Positions 10,470 through 19,778 of a DNA stretch of 64,000 nucleotides are shown here, in pieces; the stretch's first letter is position 1, and every line of letters starts with the position of its first letter. A program made the translations under genes and the position numbers. The notes beneath the pieces are model-generated. The model did no database searches, was not told where the DNA came from, and worked only from the letters and a program-made list of their open reading frames with translations. Where the stretch lies: NCBI GenBank assembly GCA_963662285.2, contig CAXXMV010000006.1, positions 736,001 through 800,000 on the forward strand. The letters run 5' to 3'. The DNA comes from a bacterium. GTDB taxonomy: Bacteria > Hinthialibacterota > Hinthialibacteria > Hinthialibacterales > Hinthialibacteraceae.

Positions 10470-12344
10470 ATGCGTTCAACTCTAATTGGTTTGATATTAC
10501 TGATTGTTGCTGTAGCGAATTTGGAAGCGCGAGAAGCGAAAAAGTATGACGCTGAAACGTTTTATGATACCACTTCGATAAGCGGCGCGTCGTTCTCGCA
10601 TGACGAAACCCGTCTGTTAATCACCACTGATAAGAGCGGGGTATTTAATGTTTATGAGCAAGCCATCGAAGGTGGGAAACCGAAGATGCTGACCGAATCG
10701 ACTACCGATTCAATCATTGGGCGCGGTTGGTTTCCCGATGATGACCGTTTCCTTTATAGCGCCGATCAGGGCGGCAACGAACTTAACCATATATATGTGC
10801 GTTATCCCGATGGAGGCGTTAAAGACCTTACGCCGGGCGAGAAATTGAAGGCTGCTTTCGCCGGTTGGTCTGGAGATGATACAAAATTCTATATTCAAAC
10901 CAACGAGCGCGACCAACAAGCGTTTGATATATATGAATATGATGGAGAAACCTTCGAGCGCAAGATGATTTTTCAGAATCCCGGAGGTTTTTATCCCGGC
11001 GCTATAAGCCGGGACGGGCGCTGGATGGCTTTGGCTAAGATTATAAGTAATGCCAATGATGATATTTTTCTTTTTGATATCATGCATCCTGATAAAGAGT
11101 TGAAACTGGTTACTCCGCATGAGGGGGATATCAGCTATGGAATTCAGCAATTCACTCCTGATAATAAAGAATTATATTATACCAGCAATGAGGCAAGCGA
11201 GTTCGAGCGGTTGTGGTCTTACAACATGAAGACTGGTAAGAAGAAACTGATCCTGGAATCTGAATGGGATATTTCTTATTGTGATTTTTCCAAAAACGCC
11301 CGTTACCGGATAACATCAGTAAATGCGGATGCGCGTACTCAAATCTCCATTTATGATCTTAAGATCATAAAGTATGTTGAATTGCCGGACATCCCCGATG
11401 GAGATATCACTGGCCTAAACATATCACCCAGCGGCAAGTACCTGGCCTTTTACATCAATAGCGACGTCGCGCCCTCGAATCTTTACATCCTTTATTTACA
11501 GTCCGGCGGGCCTTATCGCTGTTTGACTTCATCGCTCAGCCCCAAAATTGATGTGCTGGATTTGGTAGAGTCTGAGGTGATTCGATATTCCAGCAACGAT
11601 GGTTTTAAAATCCCGGCCTTGCTCTATAAACCTCAGCAGGCTTCGCAGGGCAAGGTTCCCGCTTTGGTATTTGTTCATGGCGGACCAGGCGGTCAAACCC
11701 GCGTCGGTTATAACGCACTACGTCAGTTTCTGGTTAACCAGGGTTATGCTGTGCTGGCCGTCAATAATCGCGGCAGTTCTGGATATGGCAAGACCTTCTT
11801 CCACATGGACGACAAGAAACACGGCGATGTTGATCTGAAGGATTGCGTATATGGGCGTAAATATCTGGAAGGGCTGGATTGGGTTGATGGTGAACGCATC
11901 GGTATTATCGGAGGAAGCTATGGCGGATACATGGTCGCGGCGGCTTTGGCTTTCGAGCCTGAGGCATTCAATCTGGGGATCAATATCTTTGGCGTGACCA
12001 ACTGGGTGCGCACTCTCAAGAACATTCCTCCCTGGTGGGCGGCGGCGCGTGATTCTCTCTATGCCGAATTGGGCGATCCTGCGACTGATGAAGAACGGTT
12101 GCGCAAAATATCACCGCTGTTCCATGCCAGTAACATTGTTAAGCCGTTGCTGGTAGTGCAGGGTAAGAATGATCCGCGCGTACTGAAAATAGAGAGCGAC
12201 GAGATCGTTGAAGCGGTAAAGAAGAACGATGTTCCGGTTGAGTATGTCGTCTTTGATGATGAAGGCCATGGTTTCAGGAAGAAAGCCAACCGCATCACCG
12301 CCGCCAAAGCATACGCCAAATTTCTGGAGCGTTATTTGAAATAA
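10470..12344 (+). CDS. S9 family (prolyl oligopeptidase-like) serine peptidase
   Basis: VHGGPG, GGSYGG, NDPRV, DEGHGF; signal peptide. Confidence 0.95.
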   Translation: MRSTLIGLILLIVAVANLEAREAKKYDAETFYDTTSISGASFSHDETRLLITTDKSGVFNVYEQAIEGGKPKMLTESTTDSIIGRGWFPDDDRFLYSADQGGNELNHIYVRYPDGGVKDLTPGEKLKAAFAGWSGDDTKFYIQTNERDQQAFDIYEYDGETFERKMIFQNPGGFYPGAISRDGRWMALAKIISNANDDIFLFDIMHPDKELKLVTPHEGDISYGIQQFTPDNKELYYTSNEASEFERLWSYNMKTGKKKLILESEWDISYCDFSKNARYRITSVNADARTQISIYDLKIIKYVELPDIPDGDITGLNISPSGKYLAFYINSDVAPSNLYILYLQSGGPYRCLTSSLSPKIDVLDLVESEVIRYSSNDGFKIPALLYKPQQASQGKVPALVFVHGGPGGQTRVGYNALRQFLVNQGYAVLAVNNRGSSGYGKTFFHMDDKKHGDVDLKDCVYGRKYLEGLDWVDGERIGIIGGSYGGYMVAAALAFEPEAFNLGINIFGVTNWVRTLKNIPPWWAAARDSLYAELGDPATDEERLRKISPLFHASNIVKPLLVVQGKNDPRVLKIESDEIVEAVKKNDVPVEYVVFDDEGHGFRKKANRITAAKAYAKFLERYLK

Positions 12345-12368
12345 AAAAAATAATGCAATACGTCTATA

Positions 12369-12407
12369 ATGGGTCGGGGCTTTCATTGGAATGCTCCGAT
12401 CCATTTT
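12369..12407 (+). terminator. Putative intrinsic terminator
   Basis: ATGGGTCGGGGC...GCTCCGATCCAT stem with T-run after the S9 gene. Confidence 0.5.
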
Positions 12408-12514
12408 TGTTTGGAGAATTAGTATAAACCGTAAAAAGTCTATCGATAATGTTTCTGGTAATGGCAGTCGCCTCTACGGTCTTTGCGGATGAACTGCGCG
12501 TTATCAAGCGCACG

Positions 12515-12587
12515 CTCACCCTTCTCCCAATATTGGGTGGTTTGATCAAGGGCTGACCGCAATGCGGTCTTGCCCTTGCCACCCATC
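12515..12587 (+). repeat. ~70-bp palindromic repeat, near-identical to 33352-33424
   Basis: TTCTCCCAATATTGGGTGGTTTGATCAAGGGCTGACCGCAATGCGGTCTTGCCCTTGCCACCCATC identical at both loci. Confidence 0.9.
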
Positions 12588-12643
12588 GGATGGCTTGTCG
12601 GGTGGATTTGTTAAATAATAAGTTTTGCTTATTATTTAATCAA

Positions 12644-14238
12644 TTACCATCCTGCAAATGGATTACCAAAATAACTGAGGAAGAAAAGGGCGAGCAAGTA
12701 AACACATATAATTGATTGTGTTCCTGATATCATACGTGTATAAACGTCATGTTCTTCAATTGTACCTTCCCAAGGAGGTAGTTTTCTTAACCATCTGCCG
12801 ATATTTATATCTCTGAATCCAATATCGAAGGTACATAGGAAACTAAAGTAAAAGCATTTTAAAAGTGTCATTATGATATGACAAGGATATTTACATTTTT
12901 TTTTTTTTTTGTGAAATACATTGTTTCATCTGATTTTAATGTGAATGATAGAGGTATTAAAATTTCTTTTCCATCTTTATTTATTTTATTTACTAATACA
13001 GTTTTAGAGCAAAATAATGTTCGAATTGTATAAATTATGCTGAAAAATAAATATATATATAGAATTATAATTAGTGGTTTTAATGGATTTGATCCATATT
13101 CACATGTATAATCGAATAAACCCCATTCAATCCATCCCCAAAAACCAGGGTTTTCCTTTTCTCTTTTTTGTCGTTTGAAAGATGTTGTAATTAATTTTGA
13201 TTGGTCATAATATCCTTCATCATATAAACTCTGCCCTAATTTTACTAGTTTAGATGGATCAGAGTTATATCTTAATTTCCCAAGTCCGTTTGAAAAGGCA
13301 ATATTATAAGGTTTTGGATTTGTTTTTGGCTCATAAATTACATCATCTAGGGTTGCATCCTTAAAAGTAGCATTACTCAAATCAGCTTGACTGAAGTTCG
13401 AAAATGATAGGTCGCAGTTATTAAATGATACATTTATTAATTTTATGTCCGAGAATATTGCATTATTTACAGAAGAATTATAAAAATCAATATTCTCTAG
13501 TTCAGCTTTTGTGAAATCTGTATTAATAAATTTTGATGATATGAAATCTATATTTATAAGTTTTTTGCCGACTAAGTTTAGGTTATAAAAACCATCATTA
13601 ATGAATGTCCACTTCTCATTATTACCATGAATAACAAAGTCGATATTGTCAAAAGAAGATTTATTAATGATGAAATCTAAATGTTTTTTTACGTTAAATT
13701 TTGTCGATAAAAATTTAACTTCTGAAAATGTTGCACTTCTAACATCAGCTCCATCCAAGTTAGTATATTCAAAAGAAATGTTTGTAAAGTAGCCCTTTCT
13801 TAAATTAGAATCTGAAAGATTTGCGCCAACGAATGTTGCATTATTAATAGTGGAACCGTGTAACTTAATACCTTTCATATTTGCATGGCTGAGATTGATT
13901 CCTTCTAGAAAAGCACTATATAGAATTGCTTTTGAAAGGTTTGTACACATTGGATGTTTCTTTAATTCCAATTTTTTGCTTTCATTGGCTTTTTCATAAG
14001 AAGCCAACCATATCTCATGATCTGCAATTATTTGCTTCAACTCAGCGAAACTTTTTTCTTGAAAATCTTTATCTAGCCAAATCCATGTAGTCGGACTTTT
14101 TATTTTTTCATGATATAAAGACATTGATTGAGATTGTCCGTTTTTGTCTGTATATTTTCCCTTACTCTCAGCAGATAATAGGTGTGCTTGAAGAAGGAAA
14201 GAATGTATTAAGCAGCAAAATATAATATTCTTGAACAT
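12644..14238 (-). pseudogene. Pentapeptide-repeat membrane protein split at an A15 tract (ORFs 12871-14238 and 12644-12871)
   Basis: Pentapeptide repeats (ANLSDSNLR, ADLSNATFK); TCEYGSNPLKPL TM region; C-terminal FYFSFL..FDIGFRDINIGRW..SGTQSII..YLLALFFLSYFGNPF lies in the -1 frame after T15 at 12896-12910; very AT-rich. Confidence 0.75.
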
Positions 14239-14356
14239 TATGATTCCTTCAATTTATAATATATGAAATATGTAGATTATAGATTAGCATGAAATTGGGA
14301 GAAAATGAATCTAGAATTTCAACCATATATTATATTACCCAATAAGTACGCATCCC

Positions 14357-15073
14357 TCACCCGGCGGCTTCTCTGGCCAGCAGTACTTGCAGCATGATGC
14401 TTTGTTCTGCTATTTCTGCGGTTGTTATTGCTACGTATTGAGTGTGGTAGTACTCCATGTTGCCGAAGATTTTTTCTGGATTCAGGTCGAGGGTTTTTTC
14501 TAGAAATTGTTGGTATTGGTCGGGGATGGTGGAGTAGGGGATCAGTTTGTCGCAGGCGAAGAAGAAGGCCAGGGCGATTCCTGAGGCTACGTTAATGGCG
14601 GCCACTGCAGCTGCGATTACGGCAATGCGGAAGGGGTATGGAACTTTCTTGATGAGGTCGGCCAGGAACATGATGAGGATGACGAATTCCAATATCTCAG
14701 GCGATTCGAGGAAATGTTCTGCAATGGTTTCAGTGCGTATTCCTTCGAATTGCACTATCTCATGAGTGAAGGTTAATTCCAGGTCTTTGAAATCAATTTG
14801 AATTTTGCTATTCCGTGAATTGATGAGGTTGGGCTGTACTATATAGTTGACCTCTTCTGCTCCGGCGCCGCTTGCAGCACTGATGAGGGTTATCCATTCA
14901 TCTTGCGCTTTGGCAGTCCATCCGCAACCATCTGGAGCAAAGATTTGGAGGCTGCCTGGTCCACCTTGGAAGCAGTAGGTCCAGCGGGATGGTACGACTT
15001 GTATACTTCGCGCAACGCTTTCGGCGTTTTGTAGAGTGAATCGCCTGATAGACTGCTTATTTCTGTTTGGCAT
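14357..15073 (-). CDS. BACON-like domain plus hydrophobic helical C-terminus (possibly the 3' part of a frameshifted gene)
   Basis: GGPGSLQIFAPDGCGWTAKAQDEWITLISAASGAGAEEVNYIVQPN matches the BACON pattern; two hydrophobic helices follow. Confidence 0.65.
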   Translation of the reverse strand: MPNRNKQSIRRFTLQNAESVARSIQVVPSRWTYCFQGGPGSLQIFAPDGCGWTAKAQDEWITLISAASGAGAEEVNYIVQPNLINSRNSKIQIDFKDLELTFTHEIVQFEGIRTETIAEHFLESPEILEFVILIMFLADLIKKVPYPFRIAVIAAAVAAINVASGIALAFFFACDKLIPYSTIPDQYQQFLEKTLDLNPEKIFGNMEYYHTQYVAITTAEIAEQSIMLQVLLAREAAG

Positions 15074-15432
15074 TTTTCCCAGATGTCTTCCACCCTTTGA
15101 CAGGCTGCCTTGTTTTCCTGATTGGTAGTGTTCTCGATTACTTCCCAGGTCAGCAGTTCTTTCACATAAGCGGCCACTCCTTCGGTGATCCCTGCGATAG
15201 ATAACGCGATCAACGCAGGGACCAGTTCGGGCAGGTTTTGTTTGAGAATTGTGTATGTCAGTTGATAAGCGGCTTGAGCCTGGGCGGTGGTTAAGGCCGC
15301 CGCCGCTTCGGCTGCGGCGCTGCTGGTTGCGGCCGCTGCTTCAGCTTCCGCAACTCCCATAGCCGCCGCCGCTTGGGCCGTAGCCACTGCTTGAGCCGCG
15401 GCCTGCCGGGCCATTGCCACTGCATCAACCAT
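14890..15432 (-). CDS. Ala-rich helical protein (possibly the 5' part of a frameshifted gene)
   Basis: First ~55 aa dominated by Ala; overlaps the downstream ORF by 184 nt. Confidence 0.6.
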   Translation of the reverse strand: MVDAVAMARQAAAQAVATAQAAAAMGVAEAEAAAATSSAAAEAAAALTTAQAQAAYQLTYTILKQNLPELVPALIALSIAGITEGVAAYVKELLTWEVIENTTNQENKAACQRVEDIWEKCQTEISSLSGDSLYKTPKALREVYKSYHPAGPTASKVDQAASKSLLQMVADGLPKRKMNG

Positions 15433-15505
15433 GGCGATTTATCTTTCTAGAGCGATTCTATAATATAGCCATTGAATAACTTATGATCGATAGTAGTTCT
15501 ATGCA

Positions 15506-16822
15506 TTATGTCAGAGTATTGATTGGCGCCAGCGATTGATCAACTTCGGTCTCTGTCAGGAATATGGCGATATTACTTGGGTATGCAGATATGTTTATGA
15601 ATTTATCATCAAACGATTTTCCCCATCCAAGACATATATATATCTGTTTGTTAGTAGAATCATAACCATAGCAAACCACCGAGTGGCCGACTTTTCCATC
15701 ACTGCTTTTGATGTTGACAACAGGTTGGTCGCCTGAATTGACATTGGATTGATTCTTGGCGTCATAAGATTCAAGAAGAGCGTCCCATTGACCTGTACCG
15801 CCAAAAATATAGGGTTGTGAGGCGTCAGTTATTTTTTGAGAATATGCAAAGTCGATGTTTTCTTTCTTGCCCCAGTTCCATGAGAGTCCCCATTCGCTTT
15901 TGAAATATGGACCTGATTTCAGGTAATTGGATCGAGTAGTATTTCCGTTGCAGGTTGTACCCATTAATGTGTGATAATCCCAGATTGTATCGGATACGAC
16001 CTGGCACTTGCTGGGATTGGTAGTTGAAGGCCAATCGATATTCCAACAATTGGAGTCAGGCCAGATCTTTTTATCGGCGTCTTTATAGCCGCTCCGTTTC
16101 CAAGCGCTGGAGAGCATAGCCCATGCGACTGGGGTGCAACCAGCGATGCAATTCGGCGCACAGTAATGACCACTCGATGAATCGAGAGATATCATGCATT
16201 CATCCGCAGAATATTTGTCACAGTTCTGTTGGTATTTAACCGGTTGACGTTTGGTAAGGATTTTTTTGGTCGAGCCGGTTGCATCAGAAGAAAGTTGCTG
16301 TAGAGCGTTCCATTCATCATCAACCATTTGCTGAGACCATATATTGGCGGCATTACGTTGTATCTTAAAATCAGGTGGAAGAAGAGTGACTTCGAGTGAA
16401 GGTAGGCGGACGAAAATGCAATTTTGATTTTGTTGCGATTCTATTTTCGCAACTATTTCAATGGGACTAATATAGTACAAGGTCAGAGATTTTGGGAAAA
16501 TGCCTGATTCAGCAAGCAGAGCTGACAAGTATTTATATACCTGAGCTGAAAAAGGGGATGCCGTAATTGAATATTCGAATATGGCTGGAAAATTCTTGTT
16601 GCCCGATGCGAGCACATAGCCCATATTTTTATCACCGGATTTCATAGAGAACTCGTGTATGGGCGTATCATCATCCCACCAGAATATCCCGGTGCATACA
16701 TCGATGGATTCAGGAATGTTATCCAGTAAAATGTTGGGCGTGTTTTCAGCAATAGTTCTTTCACGTTTTAGGAATAGTTCAGCATTTTGTCTGGCTTGAA
16801 TATAATTAGTTTTATTGCTCAT
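15506..16822 (-). CDS. Peptidase C10 (streptopain/SpeB-like) cysteine protease with prodomain, no signal peptide
   Basis: Prodomain GYVLASGNKNFPAIFEYS; KYQQ; AGCTPVAWAM (Cys); GHSVVCYGYD (His); YICLGWG; AAGGA SD. Confidence 0.75.
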   Translation of the reverse strand: MSNKTNYIQARQNAELFLKRERTIAENTPNILLDNIPESIDVCTGIFWWDDDTPIHEFSMKSGDKNMGYVLASGNKNFPAIFEYSITASPFSAQVYKYLSALLAESGIFPKSLTLYYISPIEIVAKIESQQNQNCIFVRLPSLEVTLLPPDFKIQRNAANIWSQQMVDDEWNALQQLSSDATGSTKKILTKRQPVKYQQNCDKYSADECMISLDSSSGHYCAPNCIAGCTPVAWAMLSSAWKRSGYKDADKKIWPDSNCWNIDWPSTTNPSKCQVVSDTIWDYHTLMGTTCNGNTTRSNYLKSGPYFKSEWGLSWNWGKKENIDFAYSQKITDASQPYIFGGTGQWDALLESYDAKNQSNVNSGDQPVVNIKSSDGKVGHSVVCYGYDSTNKQIYICLGWGKSFDDKFINISAYPSNIAIFLTETEVDQSLAPINTLT

Positions 16823-16932
16823 GATTAAGATTCCTTTCGATATCTTTTTTTAACGCCTAATTGAACATTGTGCCGGTTATCAACAAAACAGAAGTTTAAG
16901 GTTATATTTCTGTGATAGAGTAGAATACAGGA

Positions 16933-17241
16933 TCATGTTACGGACATGTTGCTCATGCCAAGTTGCCGGTTGATCCACACCAGGCATCCGTCGAGTGATG
17001 TCGGGCCGAAAACCGGAATCCATCCGTCATGATGATTGATGCCCCGGATGATAGTGATATCTCCGGTCTCTTCATTTTTTAGAATCCAGTAATTGTTCCT
17101 GCTATGATCGACGATCCATCGCAGGCAATTATCGAGAGAGTTGGGTCCATATAGGTTTTTGAAGCCTTCGACGCTCTCGACATTGCGCATAACCATGCAT
17201 ACGCCGATTTCGATATGAATGAATACAAAAAAGTCAGTCAT
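16933..17241 (-). CDS. Protein of two tandem MbtH-like repeats
   Basis: Repeats end in YGPNSLDNCLRWI and FGPTSLDGCLVWI; ATG at 17241 after AAGGA. Confidence 0.7.
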   Translation of the reverse strand: MTDFFVFIHIEIGVCMVMRNVESVEGFKNLYGPNSLDNCLRWIVDHSRNNYWILKNEETGDITIIRGINHHDGWIPVFGPTSLDGCLVWINRQLGMSNMSVT

Positions 17242-17333
17242 GTTTCTTGTCCTTAAATTCCCTGGCAAACAATGGGGAATTTGATGGTTTTATGAAGTGA
17301 GAATTGTTGCATATAACTAGGAATAACCCTAAA

Positions 17334-17975
17334 TCAACTGGCCGATAAGATGCTTACAATAGCATTCTCCCCTTCATTTTTTTGAATCCATTCCAGGCAT
17401 TTTTCCAGACTATCCGGTCCATAAGTTGATTGCCAGTCTTTAATTACATCAACGCCCTGGATGACGATCATTTCACTATTCCCATTATTTGCGCCAGATA
17501 GGCCGTCCTCTTTCTTCTCATCTTTCTTGAACACGCGATAATTTTTATGGTTGTGTTGCTCAATCAGAATTTTGCAGTTATAAAGAGAATCCGGCCCATA
17601 GACAAAGATAAAGCCCGGAGAAGAGTCGATGTTTTTTGAGATAAGGAGAACGCCGCTTTTAATATTTTTGAGAATGTAATAATCATCTTCCTCTATCGGC
17701 TCCCGGTTATTATTCATCCAGGCATTGCAATTGGCGAATGTCTCTGGTCCATATTCACATATCCAACCGTCATCTTTTTCCATACCGCGCATAACCATGC
17801 GGTTGCCCAGCGAAAGGTTTTTGAAAACGCTGTAAATTTTGGGATCGCTTTGCTCCGACTCTAAATGAGTCAGGACTCTGGCGGCAATACTCTTGAGAAA
17901 TTCGGCGTTGTCCTGGATATTGCCTTTATCCTTCAGCATTGCGCAGATTTCGTCGCATAAGTTATTTTTATCCAT
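17334..17975 (-). CDS. Protein with an N-terminal helical region and three tandem MbtH-like repeats
   Basis: YGPETFANCNAWM, YGPDSLYNCKILI, YGPDSLEKCLEWI; GAGG SD. Confidence 0.7.
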   Translation of the reverse strand: MDKNNLCDEICAMLKDKGNIQDNAEFLKSIAARVLTHLESEQSDPKIYSVFKNLSLGNRMVMRGMEKDDGWICEYGPETFANCNAWMNNNREPIEEDDYYILKNIKSGVLLISKNIDSSPGFIFVYGPDSLYNCKILIEQHNHKNYRVFKKDEKKEDGLSGANNGNSEMIVIQGVDVIKDWQSTYGPDSLEKCLEWIQKNEGENAIVSILSAS

Positions 17976-18011
17976 TTTTCTGCGCCTCTACAAATGATTT
18001 ATCTAGACGAA

Positions 18012-18059
18012 CAAGAGAAGACAGATTGCGCTGGTTTAAGGCGCATTTGTCTTCTCTTG
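18012..18059 (-). terminator. Strong intergenic hairpin after the last reb-like gene
   Basis: CAAGAGAAGACAGATTGCGC ... GCGCATTTGTCTTCTCTTG inverted repeat. Confidence 0.65.
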
Positions 18060-18092
18060 AAGGAATAATTAACCATAGGATACTATTGGTAA

Positions 18093-18635
18093 TTATTGTT
18101 CCTTATCGTCTATTACAATTGAATCTTCTTTTACGTCCGCAACGATTTCGTGATCCTCCTCAACTTTAAAAAAGAAACTCACCGGCGCCTCGGCATATAT
18201 TTTTCCATGAAGCGGATATGGGATTTTCTGAAGATCCTCTGCTGGTGTTTCATTACTTGGGGGCGTGGAGAATCCTTTAATAATGGCTTTGAGGTCGGCA
18301 ATAACTTCTGCAAGCGTATTGCCGGTTAAGATTTCCATAGAAGATTTTGATTCCAACGCTCCCAAAGTGGATAGAAGGTTCACCTGTTTGCCGGTTACAG
18401 CTTGTCCGACTTGGTTCATGGCTTGTTGATTGGCAACAGCATTCTGCTGAGAAAGATTGTTGTTGGCGGCATTGTCTGAATAGGCCAGGTTGGATAGCAT
18501 GGCCGGTTGTTCAGCAATGCTCGCCAAACTGGAGATTGCCGTAGATTCAATTATCTCATCTGGAATAACGTTTCCAGGATCCGGATCAGGATTTTTCACT
18601 TTTTCATCTTTAATGTCTACTTCCGGAGCAACCAT
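18093..18635 (-). CDS. RebB-like R-body protein (copy 5) with N- and C-terminal extensions
   Basis: AEQPAMLSNLAYS...NLSQQNAVANQQAMNQVGQAVTGK; AAGGAG SD. Confidence 0.8.
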   Translation of the reverse strand: MVAPEVDIKDEKVKNPDPDPGNVIPDEIIESTAISSLASIAEQPAMLSNLAYSDNAANNNLSQQNAVANQQAMNQVGQAVTGKQVNLLSTLGALESKSSMEILTGNTLAEVIADLKAIIKGFSTPPSNETPAEDLQKIPYPLHGKIYAEAPVSFFFKVEEDHEIVADVKEDSIVIDDKEQ

Positions 18636-18679
18636 GGCCCTGCTCTCCTTTTAAGCATGATTGATGATCAACTGGTTTT

Positions 18680-19216
18680 CTATACTGATGGTTTAATCGT
18701 GACTGTACTTTGACCAGTTTGCGGCGTGCTTGGCGTTGTTGTCGCAGTTACTTTATCAGCATTGGTGATGATGATGTCTGATTCGGCTTGAGCGTAATAC
18801 GGCGTTTGTGGCGTATTTGATTTTAGAGGATTGTCTTTTGAACCGGGTGCAGCGCCACCACCACCACCATTACCGCCATTACCGCCACTGCTTTGCTGTT
18901 TCTCTTTAAAGGCCTCGACTGTAGCTTTGAGGTTCGAAATCTGTTCGGCTATCATATTGCCAGTAAGGATTTCGCTGCACGATTTCGATTCTAATGGTCC
19001 GAGAGTTGAAAGCAGGTTGATGACTTTGCCGGTAACTGACATGCCGACTTCGTTTTGAGCTTGTTGGTTGGCTACGGAGTTTTGCTGGGATAAGTTTCCG
19101 TTAACCACCGTATTGGAATAGGCCAGGTTGGAAAGCATTGCCGGTTGTTCTGAAATGCTTTTCATATTGCCTATTGCCACGCTATCTGTGATATCTTTTG
19201 GAAGTGTGTCTGCCAT
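18680..19216 (-). CDS. RebB-like R-body protein (copy 4) with Gly linker and C-terminal extension
   Basis: ITDSVAIGNMKSISEQPAMLSNLAYSN...QNSVANQQAQNE; AGGAGG SD. Confidence 0.82.
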   Translation of the reverse strand: MADTLPKDITDSVAIGNMKSISEQPAMLSNLAYSNTVVNGNLSQQNSVANQQAQNEVGMSVTGKVINLLSTLGPLESKSCSEILTGNMIAEQISNLKATVEAFKEKQQSSGGNGGNGGGGGAAPGSKDNPLKSNTPQTPYYAQAESDIIITNADKVTATTTPSTPQTGQSTVTIKPSV

Positions 19217-19283
19217 TTTATTCCTCCTGGTGTTACAGTTTTTTTTTTCTTATTTTTACTTTCCTATACTTGGTTTGGTGAGA

Positions 19284-19329
19284 GAGCCTCGGTCAATCTT
19301 TCGGGGAATAGTGGATTGACCGAAGGCTC
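19284..19329 (-). terminator. Intergenic hairpin after reb copy 3
   Basis: GAGCCTCGGTCAATC ... GATTGACCGAAGGCTC. Confidence 0.65.
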
Positions 19330-19369
19330 CCGGTAATACGGTTTTCTCTTATCAGTTCGCAGATGCAGG

Positions 19370-19696
19370 TTACTTGAAGGCCTGAAGCGTGGCTTTCAGG
19401 TCTGCCATTTGTTCCGCGACAACGTTGCCGGAAAGGATTTCGTTGGCGGATTTTGATTCTAGTGGTCCCAGCGTGGTGATCAGGTGGATGGTTTTTCCTG
19501 TCACGGAAACGCCGACTTCATTCATCGCCTGTTGATTGGCGACGGCGTTTTGCATGGACAGGTTGGTGTTAGCCACCGTGTTCGAATACGCCAGGTTTGA
19601 CAGCATCGCAGGTTGTTCTGAGATGCTCTTCAGGTTGCCGATCGCTACGGCGGATACGACTTCGTCTGGTAATTTGTTGGGTACTGGGTCTGCCAT
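19370..19696 (-). CDS. RebB-like R-body protein (copy 3, shortest; candidate major subunit)
   Basis: VAIGNLKSISEQPAMLSNLAYSNTVANTNLSMQNAVANQQAMNE; AGGAGG SD. Confidence 0.85.
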   Translation of the reverse strand: MADPVPNKLPDEVVSAVAIGNLKSISEQPAMLSNLAYSNTVANTNLSMQNAVANQQAMNEVGVSVTGKTIHLITTLGPLESKSANEILSGNVVAEQMADLKATLQAFK

Positions 19697-19778
19697 TGGA
19701 TTCCTCCTGTGATAAATGTTTTATTGCGTTAGTGGTTAGAAAGATTCGGTCTCTTTCTGCACCATTTACTACCTTGGT

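Noticed and set aside
12364-12582. 72-aa ORF
   Set aside because: Runs through a palindromic repeat and a terminator hairpin; likely spurious.
16933-17975. NRPS biosynthetic cluster implied by MbtH-like domains
   Set aside because: No NRPS in the window; the only adenylate-forming domain is in Aas about 36 kb away, and the SLWP/WTD motifs are missing.
17998-18075. 25-codon minus-strand ORF between reb copy 5 and the repeat protein
   Set aside because: No SD sequence and it coincides with the long hairpin; better explained as RNA structure.
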